Both the position numbers and the translations under genes were made by a program. This document shows positions 12,896-27,415 of a stretch of 64,000 nt of DNA, piece after piece. This stretch comes from Chrysomallon squamiferum. Its lineage: Eukaryota > Animalia > Mollusca. Positions within the stretch are counted from its first letter, which is position 1. Every line of letters starts with the position of its first letter. The notes beneath the pieces were generated by a model that worked only from the letters and a program-made list of their open reading frames with translations, was not told the DNA's origin and searched no databases. The DNA is taken from positions 4,650,001 to 4,714,000 of the forward strand of contig CM022675.1 in assembly GCA_012295275.1 (NCBI GenBank). Direction: 5' to 3'.

Positions 12896-14698
12896 AATTA
12901 TTAAATAAAATATACAATGTAAACCTGCCAAATTTTATTTCTATATTTTATGTTTCACTAGAGACAGCACTTAATTATTAAATAAAATATACAATGTAAG
13001 CCTGCCACATTTATGACACACAGATATATACATCCTGAAACATCCTGAATTTCAATTAAAACTTTTTCGTAATTAAACTAATACAAAACGTGTGACCTAA
13101 TGTACACTGACCTACAAATTGAATACAAACACGTTTTGTGTCTAAAATGAAGGAGATTTAATGATAATGTCACAGGATATAACTAAATGAATAGATAAAG
13201 TCAACTTAAAAACCAAAAATATGTAAAATTAAAATTTTAGACCATCAGTTTGAATACTAATGACAAGCTTCTAGTGAGATTTTCCAATATCTTATTTATC
13301 ATAAATTTAGTTCTAAAACGTGATGAGTAGAAAAATGTGACAAAACACGTTGTTGTTATCTCATTACTACCTGGGAGACCTGACATTCGTCAACTTCAAA
13401 GTTTCTAGTTTAACAAAGTGAAACAAGTAATTGTGTAGTATGGAGTGTAACTGCCATCACTAAACATAAAGAACACAAGCGACTTTATTTTGTTATAAAC
13501 AATCTTAAAATGAAAATCACAGAACAGACAAGACAAGCAGAATTTTAAACTGAATAAATTTAAAGAATTTATCTGCAGACAAAGATATTTTTATTTACCT
13601 GTACGACAAAGAATTTTTAAAATGCATAAATTACATCACATCTAGAAGGTAGCGAACTGTGAAGATGATCTAAATTAATTACAGCTGTTTGTTTAATTAG
13701 TATTAACATTCTCTGTATGACTGAGTGTTATAAAACTGAGATATACTACTTGTGTAATCTCTGTCCCAGGTAATACCCCACCCAGATTTTTATGTTTCAA
13801 AATCATTCTGTAAGAAAACAACTGCTTTCCATTATTTATATTGCATAAATTTTCAAACATCGAATTTTAGTTGATAAAATGAGATGTTTATAAGCAACCA
13901 AATTTACAAATTTATTACTACATTTGTTTTTAAACAACTGTGACAGGTCAATTTGTTTTAATAGAAATGAAACACTTTCTATATCTTTAAATCCAGAAAT
14001 AATCAAAATTTCTCGTATTTATGAGCTTTCCAAAGAACTGAAGTAGACACTGGTTTTTAATCTAATATTGTCTGTACTCTCTGTAATCTTACATAGTCAT
14101 CCTGAAAATTAGCTGGAAATGTGTGTGTGAAAATGTAGGTGAAAATAAATTAGGAATAGGTGCTGTATGAAAATAAACTGAGTATGTATTTATATTGTGT
14201 GTGTTTGTATGTGGGTGTGTCTAGATATGTATGTATTCAAGTATGTATCTATGTATTTGCATGCATGTATTTGTGGATGGATATATTTATGTATGAATGT
14301 TTTATTTAATGCATGTATATTTATACGTATGTATGTATGTACGTATATATGTGTGAAGGCAAGTATTTATGTATTTGTATATGTATGCATCACGTGCATG
14401 CGTCTATGTATGTATGTATGTATGTATCCATATATGAATTTATGTATGTACAAGAAAGATGGTGTCATATCAAAACAAACAAATATTATTAATCGTTGAA
14501 ATAATCCATAACACGGATGCATCACTTATACGAGCACAACATTACAAACAATGCATTCTAAGTAGCCAGATTCGTGACCTCTTTTCCTCTTTCTATTAAT
14601 ATCTACTTCCTTGTTCGTTTTAGCAAAACTCGGTTTTATATTGTCTTGCGTAAGAATTTTTGTATATTAAAGTAAACACAAGAAAACAAACAGAAATA

Positions 14699-17024
14699 AT
14701 GAATTTAGTAACAGCAGTGATTATATTAACGATCTACAATCAGGTTACAGGAGCAGAAAGACTAAGTAAGTTTATTATTTATTTAAAATTAATTTATTTG
14801 TTGTATTTCAAGTCATTTGAAGTATGTATAAGACTGGGGGAGATAATTTAAAATTTAAAATTTTATTTAAGTTTATTTATTGAGCTTTCTTGTATATGAT
14901 GATTACGTTAAAAGCAGACCTTTTTCAAAATAGAACCTACTGAATGTTTAATCGATGTTTAACATGAAGTGCTCGTTTCATTGTTAATAATAATAATAAT
15001 AATAACAACAACAAAAACAACAATAACAACATCAACGACAGTAACAATAACAACATGAAGAACAACAATAACGACGACAAAAAACAACAATAATGAGTGT
15101 GATGAAAATTAAATAACTGCATAGCGTAACAATACGCAATAGGATTTAACATAACAGCATAAACTAGCACGTTATGACATATTTTAAAAATAAACTATTT
15201 ACTATAAATGCAAAATTAGCTCACCATATTTTGACGTAGTTAAGTATCAATAACAGCAATATTATATATACAATAACATCAAATATGGTAACATAACAAT
15301 AATAATAACGGAGCAATAGCACATATTACAATATGGTATAACTTGACTAACTATACCATCACATAACTAAGTCATTGTTTATAAGTTTATAAAACATAAC
15401 TGTATAAATATGTATAAATGTATTCAGTAGAAACAAAATACATTTGCATAAATGTATGTATAGAAACGTAACATAAAATTTCATCAAGATAATGAAGCAT
15501 AAATAACTAAGATAAATATTAATAAATTAACACAGGTCCGTGGTCTGACAGAAAACAAGAAGAAATGTTAGAAGAATATTTTACACTGGATAAAAAACAA
15601 ACTTGGTGGGAGGCAGCGTATTCTGGCTGTGAGGAGGCAGGAGGCAGACTCGTTGTTCATCATTCTGATTTAGACGAAAACAAACTTTTTTCTGTAATGG
15701 AAGAAGACAAAGACTATTGGGTAGGAGCTTTGGAGACGTATACACCGTGGATTTGGACTGGTAGGTATTCTTTTATCAATAATTTAAATGTCGGTTAGAA
15801 CATAAATAAATGTTTAATGTTTTATCAAAGTTTTACTTTATAAATTGATCATTATCTACGACATCAACAATAACAACAAAACCACTAATAACAATTGAAT
15901 AAATAAATAAATGAATAAATAAATAGGCTGTTTTGTATTTTTTTTGCTACTATTTTTTGTTGTTTTTTATCGTTACTGTTTTAGTTTTTGTTTTCAGAGA
16001 CAAATGAAAAATTATTCCAGTACGTTGGAGATATCGATGTTGGGAGTTTGAGTAGTAAATACTCAATACAAGACAATGATGCTTTTAAATGCTTCCAGCA
16101 ATGTAAACCGAGCAATGGAAAAATTGGTTTACAGGTTTGTAAATTCATCTGTTCATAAAGTCTGAATTTAAAAAAAAAAAGATTTAAATATATACTTGTT
16201 TTATATTACCTGAATGTTGTTGTTGTTACTTCTTATTGTTGCGGTGTTCATCTTTTTTCTACTACAATATTGCCAACAATTACTGTTGTTCTTGTTCTTC
16301 TTATTAAATTTTATTTGTACATAATACAATAACAATTACAAACTGATTTGCATACTTCTGGGATTTTTTTTTTTTATTATTGTTATTTATTTTTTTTTAT
16401 TTATTTATTATTTATATTTATTATTATTATTTATTTATTTTTATTTATTTATTTATTTATTTACTTTGTGTTTTGTAGGGAAAGCAGTGTTACTGTAAAA
16501 TCTCTGACACAGCAAGTCCTGTGAAGTCAACTACAAAACGAGTTCGATGTGCAGGGACATATGAAGAATACTGCGGAGGACGAAATACAATTTCTATTTA
16601 TAGAACAGGTGACACTAAGAACTTTAACAATTTTTGAAATATTTTTTTTTTTTATAGGATTTTATTAACATCAATGGAATATAAGTTTGAAAATTTTGAA
16701 TGAATGAAACAAACAAATGGCCAAATGGACGAACAGATAAATAAATCAATGAATGTATAGAGTCTGGAATGAGTAGGCATGGATATAGTGATCATTATAA
16801 TAATATATAAATCACTTCATTACAGATCTTCCGTCTTCAGTTACAATCGACGACAGCGCTGACGGAATCAACCTCTGCGGCTACGTCAAGTTCAGTTACT
16901 ACAGTTTTACAATTGGTTTTCAAAACTGTTACAGCTACAGAGCATATACACTTTATACAGGTAATAGTTTTAAGAAAATTCAAATAAATAAATAAATAAT
17001 CTCATAAAAATAATAATGATGATG

Positions 17025-17081
<57 letters not shown>

Positions 17082-17867
17082 GAAGAATAATGTAATATAG
17101 AAATAAAATAAAATGAAATTTTCCTTCATTACAACATCATTTTCATTATCTGTTTTTAGATTGTTACTTGCATTCTGAAACTTGTATATCACGGTGGAGG
17201 ATGTCATGGAACTATGCAAGCAGACATTTTGACATGTTTAAAGTAAGCAGCAGTACAGTCTCATCACTGCAGAATCTGCTACAAACAAATCTTTACTACT
17301 GGATTGGACTCCACAGAGATGTCAGATGGCTGTGGATTGATGGTAAAATGTGTATATATGTTGTGTTGTGAGTATTTGTGTGGAAGTATGTGTTTGTTTC
17401 TTTGTGTGTTAGTTATATTAATTTGTTTGGTGTTGTTGATAATCTTTATTTAATTGATGTTCGTGTTGCTGCTGAAAGCGACAAAGAATAGGTATTCAGT
17501 ATCTGTTATTACTTCTTCCTCTGTGTAAAACAAATTTCTAACACACTTGTTTTAAATCTTGCAGGTAGTGTGGTATCGTTTCAGAAACCAGTTTCAGAAG
17601 TTGATCTTAAAACGATGGTCTGGTTTACTAAAAATAACAAATTATATTACAATTACAAATCAGACCAAAACAATCCAGCTATTTGTCAGAAATGTAAGTA
17701 TAAAACAACACAGTAAAACAAATTGTTAAAAAGTCGATTTGTTTATTAATTAATAATAATTATAGAAAAAGAGACCCATATACAAATATGTATATCTCTA
17801 GGTTGTGTTTTATGTTTGTATGTGCATATTTTTGTATATATAACTGTATGTATATATATATATGGCA

Positions 17868-17903
<36 letters not shown>

Positions 17904-18023
17904 TGTATGTATGTGTATGTATGTTATGAAATAATATGTATCTTCTAATTTCAAATGTAGTTATCTATAATTTATATAATACTAGTACTACTACTAAATT
18001 ACCTATTTACTCTCTATAATTTA

Positions 18024-18082
<59 letters not shown>

Positions 18083-20436
18083 ATAATAATAATAAAGTTA
18101 AAAGAAGACATAGAAACTTTTTTGATGAAAAAAATAAATAACATCTTCTAGAGTCAATATTTTGTATATTTACAGATAATGTAACTACACCAGGGGAGAT
18201 AATTCCAACAAAACAATCCGGTGAGACAGAACATTCATCAAATTCGTCAGGTTAGTTTTAATTTTACTTTTTTTTTTTTTAACTTAAGATATTTATTTAA
18301 CTAAATTTAATTTACTAGATATATTTGACAAGATTTTATTTATTTATTTGTTTTATGATTTATTTATTTATTTGTTTCAGTTTATTAGATTTAATTTTCT
18401 AGTTTTTAATTTACTAGATTTATTTACAACTTTTACTAAATGTAATTCTTAGTTTTAATTTACTAGATTTATTTACTACTTTTAATAACCTAAATTTATT
18501 TTATTGATTTTATGACTAGTATTCATTTACTAGATTTGTTTAAGTTAATTAAGTTTATTTATTTTTATTTTTATACCCAGTTTCTGTGTGCTAGATGGCT
18601 TATTTAATTTACAAGGATTATTTTAATTTTAACTCTGCTTTGCTAGCTTTGTGTTAATTTACTAGATTTATTTCTAAAATTATTAAAATTAATTAAATAT
18701 ATTTTCATTCTTAGTTTTCTTTTAATTATTCTTTTTTCCCTATCTTCTTTTTAACTTAGTTTTATTTTATATAATTTAAATTGAAAATAGGGCAAATAAT
18801 TTATATCTGTGTTAAAATTACTAAAATGATTTCAGTAATAAGTGAACTAAATAAAAAAAAAAAAAAAAAAAATATATATACATACATACATACATACATA
18901 CATACATACATACATACATACATACATACATTTACATAGTTAATTGTACTTAGGATTAAATTAAAATGTTATTATAAGATTATTTTCAGCATCTGTTGGT
19001 GGTGGTGTCGCTGCTGCTGTTGTAGTGGTGTTGGTCGTCATTGTTGTCGTTGTAGTTTGGTCTAAACGGTGAGAATTTTCTGTAATCAATCATTAAATAA
19101 AATAATGAGATTGATGAAACAGAAAAACAGAAAACAAATAGCAAGAAATATGAAAGAAAAAATAGAGAAGGAAAAAGAATGAAAAGTTATGTGTTCTTGA
19201 TTATGTTTGTTACAAAAGCTAAAACAAAACAAACAATAGAGAAAGAAAGATATGAAAGAAAGAAAATATATATATATGAATGAAAAAAGAAAGAAACTAA
19301 GAAAAGAATGAAAAAAAGACATGAATAAACGAAAAAAAAAAGAAAGGTATGAAACAAAATAAAAAAGAAAAGGATATGTTTGAAAGTAAGAATCTACATA
19401 TATCACTGTTCTTCTTCTCAGTTATCGTCAGTTTAATTTGAAATGTAAAATAGTTTTCCCTTTAAATTATAAGAGTAGGTCTGTAACTCGTATAATAAAA
19501 CTAACTTAGTATTTCATAGTTTAAATTTAAATAATGTCTTCATTTTTCAGAACACGTCGATTTTGTTTTAAAACTCAGAAGTTACAAGAATCAAGAATTA
19601 ATTTTAACAAAAGAAACAATGAAATCAGCTCTGCTGAAGATTTACAACGTGGTCACACAAATCCGAGTTATGAGGTAATAACGACATCGACGTCGGCAGA
19701 AAATCAAGGAAACCACAATGTTTACTACAACGTCGCAAACGGAGTTACTATCAACGAGGAAAACAGAAATGATAACGACTACGACATCGCAGATGTTAAA
19801 GCAGTTCCCATTAACAGATCTACTGCTGACCACAACGATGGAGATTACGACACATCGGATATCAATACGGCAGCTACTACAACATCTGAAGTGGACAAAC
19901 ACCTTTCAGGTAGCCATGACGGAGACTACAACAACACAGACACAACAAATACAATAACTCGTAGATCCGACATCTACAACCACATTGCTGGGCACAACGA
20001 CGGCGACTACGATACCTTTGACAAGAAAAAGAAAACTGCTACGTCTGATGTCTACAACCGGCTTGGTGTTGACAATGACAGCGACTACGACAGCACAAAC
20101 AAAGAAAAAACAACTTCAACTGTATCTGACGTCTACAGCCACCTCGTTGATTCTGAAGACTACGACACCATGGACAGAAAACCTCCAACAGCAACAACAA
20201 CATCAGAACTGTATAACCATCTTAATCAACCTGACAGCGACCTCTACGACATCGCTGATACCGTTACTTTCGATTTACCACACCCCAGTCTGTGTAGACA
20301 TACTGCCTCGTCTAGCAATCAAATTCCTACTAGGAAATCAGAAATCTCTGATAACGTCCACGACAATTCCGACAACAACGACAACGTTTCTGAAGGCAGT
20401 GGACATTTTTATTTTGTTCTGGAAAATTCTGATTGA
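14699..20436 (+). CDS. Receptor copy 2 (ectodomain type X, short stalk, full-length tail type A ending HFYFVLENSD), ~681 aa, 10 exons
   Basis: Exons 14699-14765, 15536-15760, 15998-16134, 16479-16608, 16826-16960, 17160-17342, 17565-17693, 18176-18250, 18990-19068, 19551-20436. GT-AG throughout, 2046 nt open, exon-by-exon paralogous to copy 1. Confidence 0.87.
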
Positions 20437-20535
20437 AAAGAATGTCAGTAGTAATTCGATCGATATTTTGATACAAAATTTGTCGTCTGGTATGAAGTGT
20501 TTTTTGAAATCCATCTTAACAGTGTCTCATACCAC

Positions 20536-20610
<75 letters not shown>

Positions 20611-22847
20611 TATGTATTAACAGTTCTTCATACCATTTTTATGTTTTAATATCTAATTTTATTTTTTGAGATTTTATTATTGATTGATTTATTTTAATGT
20701 TGTTGTTGTTGTTGTTGTTGTAAACACTATGTTAATAGTTAAAACCTCTTTTTTTCTTCGCATTATTTGTATTATTATTTTTAACTTTGTATTTTGTGTT
20801 TGAGTTTATCCTAATATCTAAATGAACATTTCGTGAATGTGATTCATTTTTTACCTTATTTCTGTGACATGTGAAATTTGTTCTTACACTAACATTTTAA
20901 GTATTAACCTGAACTGATGTAAAAATTTGTCTCTTGAAGAAATCCTCGCTAGTCGTGTCTCATATCAACTCTTTTTCTTCTTTTTTCGTTTTTCTTTCGG
21001 TTCCTTTTTTTTCTTCTTCTTTCTTGCTTATTATTATTTTTTAAATTATTATTCTGTTCTTTTCTTTGTTGTTTTTTTCTGATTTTATTTTGTTTATTAT
21101 TATTCTTATAACAGTTTAAGTGTACGTTATTCGAAATTCCGAAATCCTACATTCGAGATTGTGATGTGTTACAGTTTACCGGTAGATGTAGCCAAGTTTA
21201 CTTCATGCACAAACTTATTATAAATATTATTGTACATGAAGACTATATGTATATTTATGCATGTGTGTGTGTGTGTGTGTGTGTGTGTTTCTGCATGTTT
21301 TATTATATATTAATATATAGTAAAATGTATGAAAAAAATATATCTTTGTATTACATTACTTTATATAATATTATATAGTGAATCTATATAATCAGCTAAG
21401 GATATTTCAATATTTTATTTTAATAATCCTTCGTTTATATTTAGCATTTTCTGTTTCGTACTGGAAGTCTGTTTTATACTAACAGTTTTACTATTAACCT
21501 AACTTTATTGTGATACAGTAAACCTTGCTACTATTACAACTGATCATTCGGCATATCTATATATTTTGTCTTTCCAACGTTTGATTTATTCTCTGTTTCA
21601 AGTCCTATTTGAATAAAAATTGGATAAAAGGAAAATTTTTCATCTTGTCTTTGTGTTTATTGCACGAGTAGTGTGAAGAAAAAGGTTTAATCTCAGTTGG
21701 AAGTACTTTGGCATAGCGACCATTTTGTTATGATTTTGTGAACGTGTATCGCGAACATCGTTCATACTCTACTTGTTACGTTCTCGAGGTTTTCTCTACC
21801 AGCTTTCTTCTTATAAACAACCAAACAAAAATTAAATATGTTTGCTTGATCTGTTTGTCCAGTATAAAAGGTTTTGTCACGCTGAAGTAATAGAAAACCT
21901 TGATGAAAAATATCTGTAAAGTCTCTTAACTATTTTCGAGCATCAGACTCCTTTCAAAAATACGTCAGTGTAAAGGGTAATTTATATTCTTTTAAAGAAA
22001 AAACAACTTTAGAATTGAAGATCAAAACCACTATACGACCAACTGGTCGACCTTGTGTCGTCATGTTATGGCCCGCGAAGTCGACAACTTGTATAAATGA
22101 TCTTAAAATTGTGTCAACTTAGCGGAACAAGCTGAACTGTACCAGTGAGGATCTGTCGACGTCCCGGGACTCATTAATTGTGTTTTACCTGGGTGACGGT
22201 GTGCGCAGTCAAAAGTAACAACGAGATGATACTTACTGTACGGCAGCTACTACTACTACCACTATAACTACAATTCAGCTCAGTTTATTTATTTGGTAAA
22301 ACCAGCATGACTATAACCGCAAAACAGAGAAGAATACAATTATAAAACAGAAACCGCTGTATAATAGGTTACAGTATACAAATACAGGAAAACAAAACAA
22401 ACTAAAAAAATTAAACGTAAGGATAATACGAATATAAGTATGTATATATATATATGTAGTCACACATTATGGTTAAGGATCACGCAGATAATAATAAGGA
22501 GCCATCTGAATGGGCTTCTATTACAAAAAAACAACAACCAGGAAGGGATCTTTTATATACATTTTCCCAGAGAAAGAAAATTACATAGATGGAATTATTT
22601 TTAAAATAAATTTTAGTCATAGCAATATTTGTATTTGTATTTGTAGTTCAAAAACATATTTTATTCTCGCAGTGATCAGTTGAGATGTAGAAGTTCTATG
22701 TAATCTGTGTTCTCCATGTTGATGTGGTTGTTTTCGTGTAGCGGATTATGGCATCAACAGCGCTTTATTTGCGTTTTCATGCTGGAGCTCGCCAGTGACC
22801 ATCCAGTTGGTGCAGTTTCACTTCCATTACAGATTGCTCACGTTTTA

Positions 22848-23909
22848 CTAGCGATATTCTTTTAAATCAGAATTTTCCAGAACAAAATAAAAATGTCCAC
22901 TGCCTTCAGAAACGATGTCGTTGTTGCCGGAATCGTCGTGGACGTTATGACAGATTTCTGATTTTCTACTGTCAATAAGTCTATACAGACTGGGTAGCAA
23001 TAACTCGGAAGTCACTTTATCAAGCGATGTTGTAGCTGTCACTTTTAGGTTAGTTAAGATGGTTATACAGGTCTGATGTTGTCGTCGCAGTTGCCGGGTT
23101 TCTGTCCATGGCGTTGTAGTCTTTAGAATCAACGAAATAGTTGTAGACGTCAGAAACAGTTGCAGTTGTCTTTTCTTTGTTTGTGCTGTCGTAGTCGCTG
23201 TCATTGTCGACACCAAGCCGGTTGTAGACATCAGACGTAGTTGTTTTTTTCTTATCACAGGTATCGTAGTCACCGTCGTTGTCCCCAGCAATGTGGTTGT
23301 AGATGTTAGATGTACGAGTTGTTGTATTTGTTGTGTCTGTGCTGTCGTAGTCTTCGTCATGACTGCTTGAGAAATGTTTTTCAATTTCAGACGTTGTCGT
23401 AGTTGCAGAGATGATATTCGGTGTGTCATAAAGTCATTGTTGACGTCAGCAACCCATCTGTTATTGGGAACTGTTTTATCATCTACGATGTCGTAGTCGT
23501 TATCATTTCTGTTTTCCACGTTGATAGTAACTCCGTTTGGGACGTTGTAGTAAACACTGTGCTTACCTTGATTTTCTGATTCAAACTCATAATCTGCCGA
23601 CGTCGATGTCGCTGTTACTTTATAACTCGGATGTGTGCGACCACGTTGTAAATGTTCAGCACGTCTTCTGGAGCAAAATAATATACCTACATAATACATC
23701 CATTTCTATATCTATCTATATATGTATATACATGTATGTATATCAACATACATATATTTCAGTAGAATATTACATTTTATTAAGTTATTAATCATTTTAT
23801 TCTTAATTATTATTATTATTATTATCATCAAGAAACAAACTTACCGTTTAGTCCACAGTAAAATCACAACTACGACAACCAATACTACTACAACAGCACC
23901 AACACCACC

Positions 23910-23913
<4 letters not shown>
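22848..23913 (-). pseudogene. Inverted receptor fragment: TM exon plus tail exon (tail type C), no ectodomain
   Basis: On the minus strand GGGVGAVVVVLVVVVVILLWTKR (23913-23845, GTAAGT donor) is fused directly to a (CT)n tract, so the acceptor is lost. The tail exon starts at a CAG acceptor (exon from 23667) and stops at 22848, ending GHFYFVLENSDLKEYR. Its middle is read in a shifted frame. Confidence 0.75.
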
Positions 23914-23978
<65 letters not shown>

Positions 23979-24550
23979 ATCAAAGCGTGATGTATTTGTG
24001 ACTGCGTGTGTGTATGAGTAAAGAATGATGCAATTCATCACAAATATTTTCTATGTAAAAGGAAAAGGTACTCTAAAGATATAACAACATTTTTATCGGT
24101 ACACTTAAAAAGGTGTGCTTGTTTACAATAATGTCTATTTGTGTATACAAATGCATACATTTCGTTTACAGAATGTATTAACAAAGACAAAATGTATATA
24201 GGTTTGTATGTTTCAACAGAATGTATGTAAGTGTATACTGTAATGTATGTTTACAAATTAGAAAAGCTGTGTATGTATATCTTACTGTCTCTTTATTAAT
24301 GTATACAAATAATTACATGAAAATGTTTGTGTTTACAAGATTATGTATGCATATATGTTTACAAGAATACGTAAATATGTTTACAACAATGTTCAGTTCT
24401 GTATACAGGTATCAACATCGATGTGATAGTATGCAAGAATGTATATTTACAACTGTTACTCTGTTTCCAAGGTAACTGTAAACAGAATGCTCTCAATAAA
24501 TTCAATGTTATTGTCTGAAAAATAAGGATTTCTTTGTTATTATTATTATA

Positions 24551-24586
<36 letters not shown>

Positions 24587-24749
24587 GTTGTTGTTTTTAT
24601 TATTGTTGTTGTTATTATTATTATGTTATTATTGTTGTTGTCGTTTTCGTTGCTGTTATCACTCTTGCTTAATGTTTCTCCCTTTTTTGTTCAATACTTT
24701 TATACACGCTTTTCAGTCATATTTTTTAGTCGTCATATATACTTTGTAT

Positions 24750-27400
24750 TAGTGCGAAATCTCTATCTATTGTTACTATAGGTGTGTATTAATCTATAAC
24801 TGTATCTATTGTTATTTTTATCTAAATCTCTTTTTTTATCTTTATCGATATCTGTATCTCTTTTTATCTTCAGGTATGTATTAATTTATATGTGTATGTA
24901 TCTTTTTTCTTTAGGTGTGTATTACTCTATATCTGTATCTATTGTTATCTGTTAGTCTGTTTTAATCTGTATCTGTATCTCTAGTCATCTATCGGTCTGT
25001 ATGTTAATCTATATCTGTTTATGTGATGATCTGGAGCTCTCTATTAATCAATATATATTGTTATCTATAGTCTGCATTAATTTGTATCTGTATCTGTCGT
25101 TATCTTTAGGTGTTTATTCATCTATATCTGTTTCTATATTTTTGTTTACATGTGTATTAATGTCTATATGATCTCTGGTCACCTGTAGGTGTGTATTAAT
25201 TTATATCTGAATCTATCGTTATCCTTAGGTGTGTATTAATCTATGTCTGTATAGACCTTTATCTTTAGCCGTGTGTTAATCTATATCTGTATAGACCTTT
25301 ATCCTTAGGTGTGTATCAATCTATATTTGTATAGACCTTTATCCTTAGCCGTGTGTTAATCTATATCTGTCTCTGTCGTGATATATAGGTGTTTATTAAT
25401 CTCTGTCTGCATCTATCGTCATATATAGATGTGTATTAATATATGTCTCTGTCTAGCGTTACGTTTGGGTGTATATTAATCTGTATGTGTATCTATCTTT
25501 ATCTATATGTGTATCTTAATCTAAACCTCTCTGTATCATGATCTGACGTGTATTAATATATGTCTCTGTCTAGCGTTATGTTTGGGTGTATATTAATCTA
25601 TATCTGTGTCTATCGTTGTCTTTATGACGCTATTCATCTATATATCTATCTATATCTATCAATAGGTGTGTATTAATCGATATATGTATGTATCTTTGTC
25701 TATAGGTGTGTATTAAGCTATATCTTTATCTCTCGTTATGTTTATCTATATCTATATCTATCTTTGTCTTTAGGTTTGTATTAATCGATATATCTATCTG
25801 TCGTTATGTTTAGGTGTATCTATCTTTATCTATATGTATGTCTAACCTATACCTCTCTGTATCATGATCTGTAGGTGCATTTTAACCTATATCTGTATAT
25901 ATCATTATCTACAGGTGTGTATTAATCTATAGTTGTGTATTAATCTGTAGGTGTGTATTAATCTGTAGGTGTGTATTAATTTGTAGGTGTGTATTAATCA
26001 GCATGTCTTTCTATTGTTATCTTTAGGTGCATATTGATCCAAATCTCTATATATCGTTATCTACAGGTGTGTATTAACCTATATAAGTTTATATCGTTAT
26101 ATATAGGTGTGTATTAATCTATATCTTTATCTATCTTTATCTATAGGTATGTATTTATCATTATATCTGTATGGATCGTTAACTTTAGGTGTGTATTGAT
26201 GTGTTTCTATCGTTGTCTATGGGGTGAGTATTAGTCTGTACGTGTAGCCATCGTGATCTATAGAGGTGGTAATCTTTATCTGGTTATCTGTAGGTGTTTA
26301 TTAATCTATATCTGTACATGTCGTTATCTGTAGGTGTGTATTAATCTATATTTGTATATCTCATTATCTATAGGTTTATATTAATCTATATCTGTTTCAC
26401 TCGTTATCTACAGATGTCTGTCATCTATATCTGTATGCATCTTTATCCATAGGTGTGTATTAATCTATACCTGTCTATATCGTTATCTACAGGTCTGTGT
26501 TAATCTATATCTGTTTCTGTCGTTAGTTACTGGTTTGTATTAGTCTATCACTGTGTCTATGGTTATCGTTATGTGTGTATTAATCTATATCTGTATATAT
26601 TGTTGCGTATAGCTGTGTATTGATCTATACCTGTATCTATCGTGACCTATAGAGGTGTATTAATCTTTATTTCTGTCTATCGTTATCATTACGTGTGTAT
26701 TATCGATATCTCTATATATCTTTATCTGTATGTTTCTGTTAATCTGTATCTGTTTCTGCTGGCAGCTATAGGTGTGAATTAATCTATCTCTGAATGTATC
26801 GTTTATCTTTGGTTGCGTTTTGATCTATACCTGTATCTGTCGTTTTCTGTATCTCTATCTATTATTTTCTTTTTCTATATGTTTATCTATCGCTTTCTTT
26901 AGGTGTGTATTGATCTTTATCAGTATCTGTCGTTATATTTTTCTATATCTGTATCTAGGTGTGTGTTAATCTATATCTGTATGTATATTTATCTTTAGGT
27001 GTTTATTAATCTATACATATATATATATATATATATATATATCGTTAATTTTAGATATATATTCATCTGTACCTGTATCTATCGTTATCTTTAGGTGCAT
27101 GTCAATCTATATCTGCATCTATTGTTATCTAAAGGTAGGTTTAACTTTACATATATATTAATCTAATCTCTATATACTGTTACCTGTAGGTGTGTATACT
27201 ATCGTTATCCATAGGAGTGTATCGGTCTATATCTATATATATCTTATATATACAGGTGTTTATTAATATATATGTGTATCTGTCTTTATCTAAGGGTGTG
27301 TCTTAGTCTATAAATTTATATGATCAGTCTATGAATGTGTCTTCATTATCCGCAGCTGTCTCCTAATCCATATTGTGTATCTATCGTTACCTATAGGTGT
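24750..27400. repeat. Degenerate 40-bp satellite array
   Basis: Consensus ~ATCTATAGGTGTGTATTAATCTATATCTGTATCTATCGTT. The 40-bp period is visible at 25261/25301/25341/25381. Confidence 0.85.
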
Positions 27401-27415
27401 GTATCTTTCTATATG

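Noticed and set aside
19551-20436. Calling the tail motifs canonical ITAMs or ITIMs
   Set aside because: Second half-sites lack L/I at +3, and position -2 is usually D/E rather than S/I/V/L. Only ITAM-like spacing is supportable.
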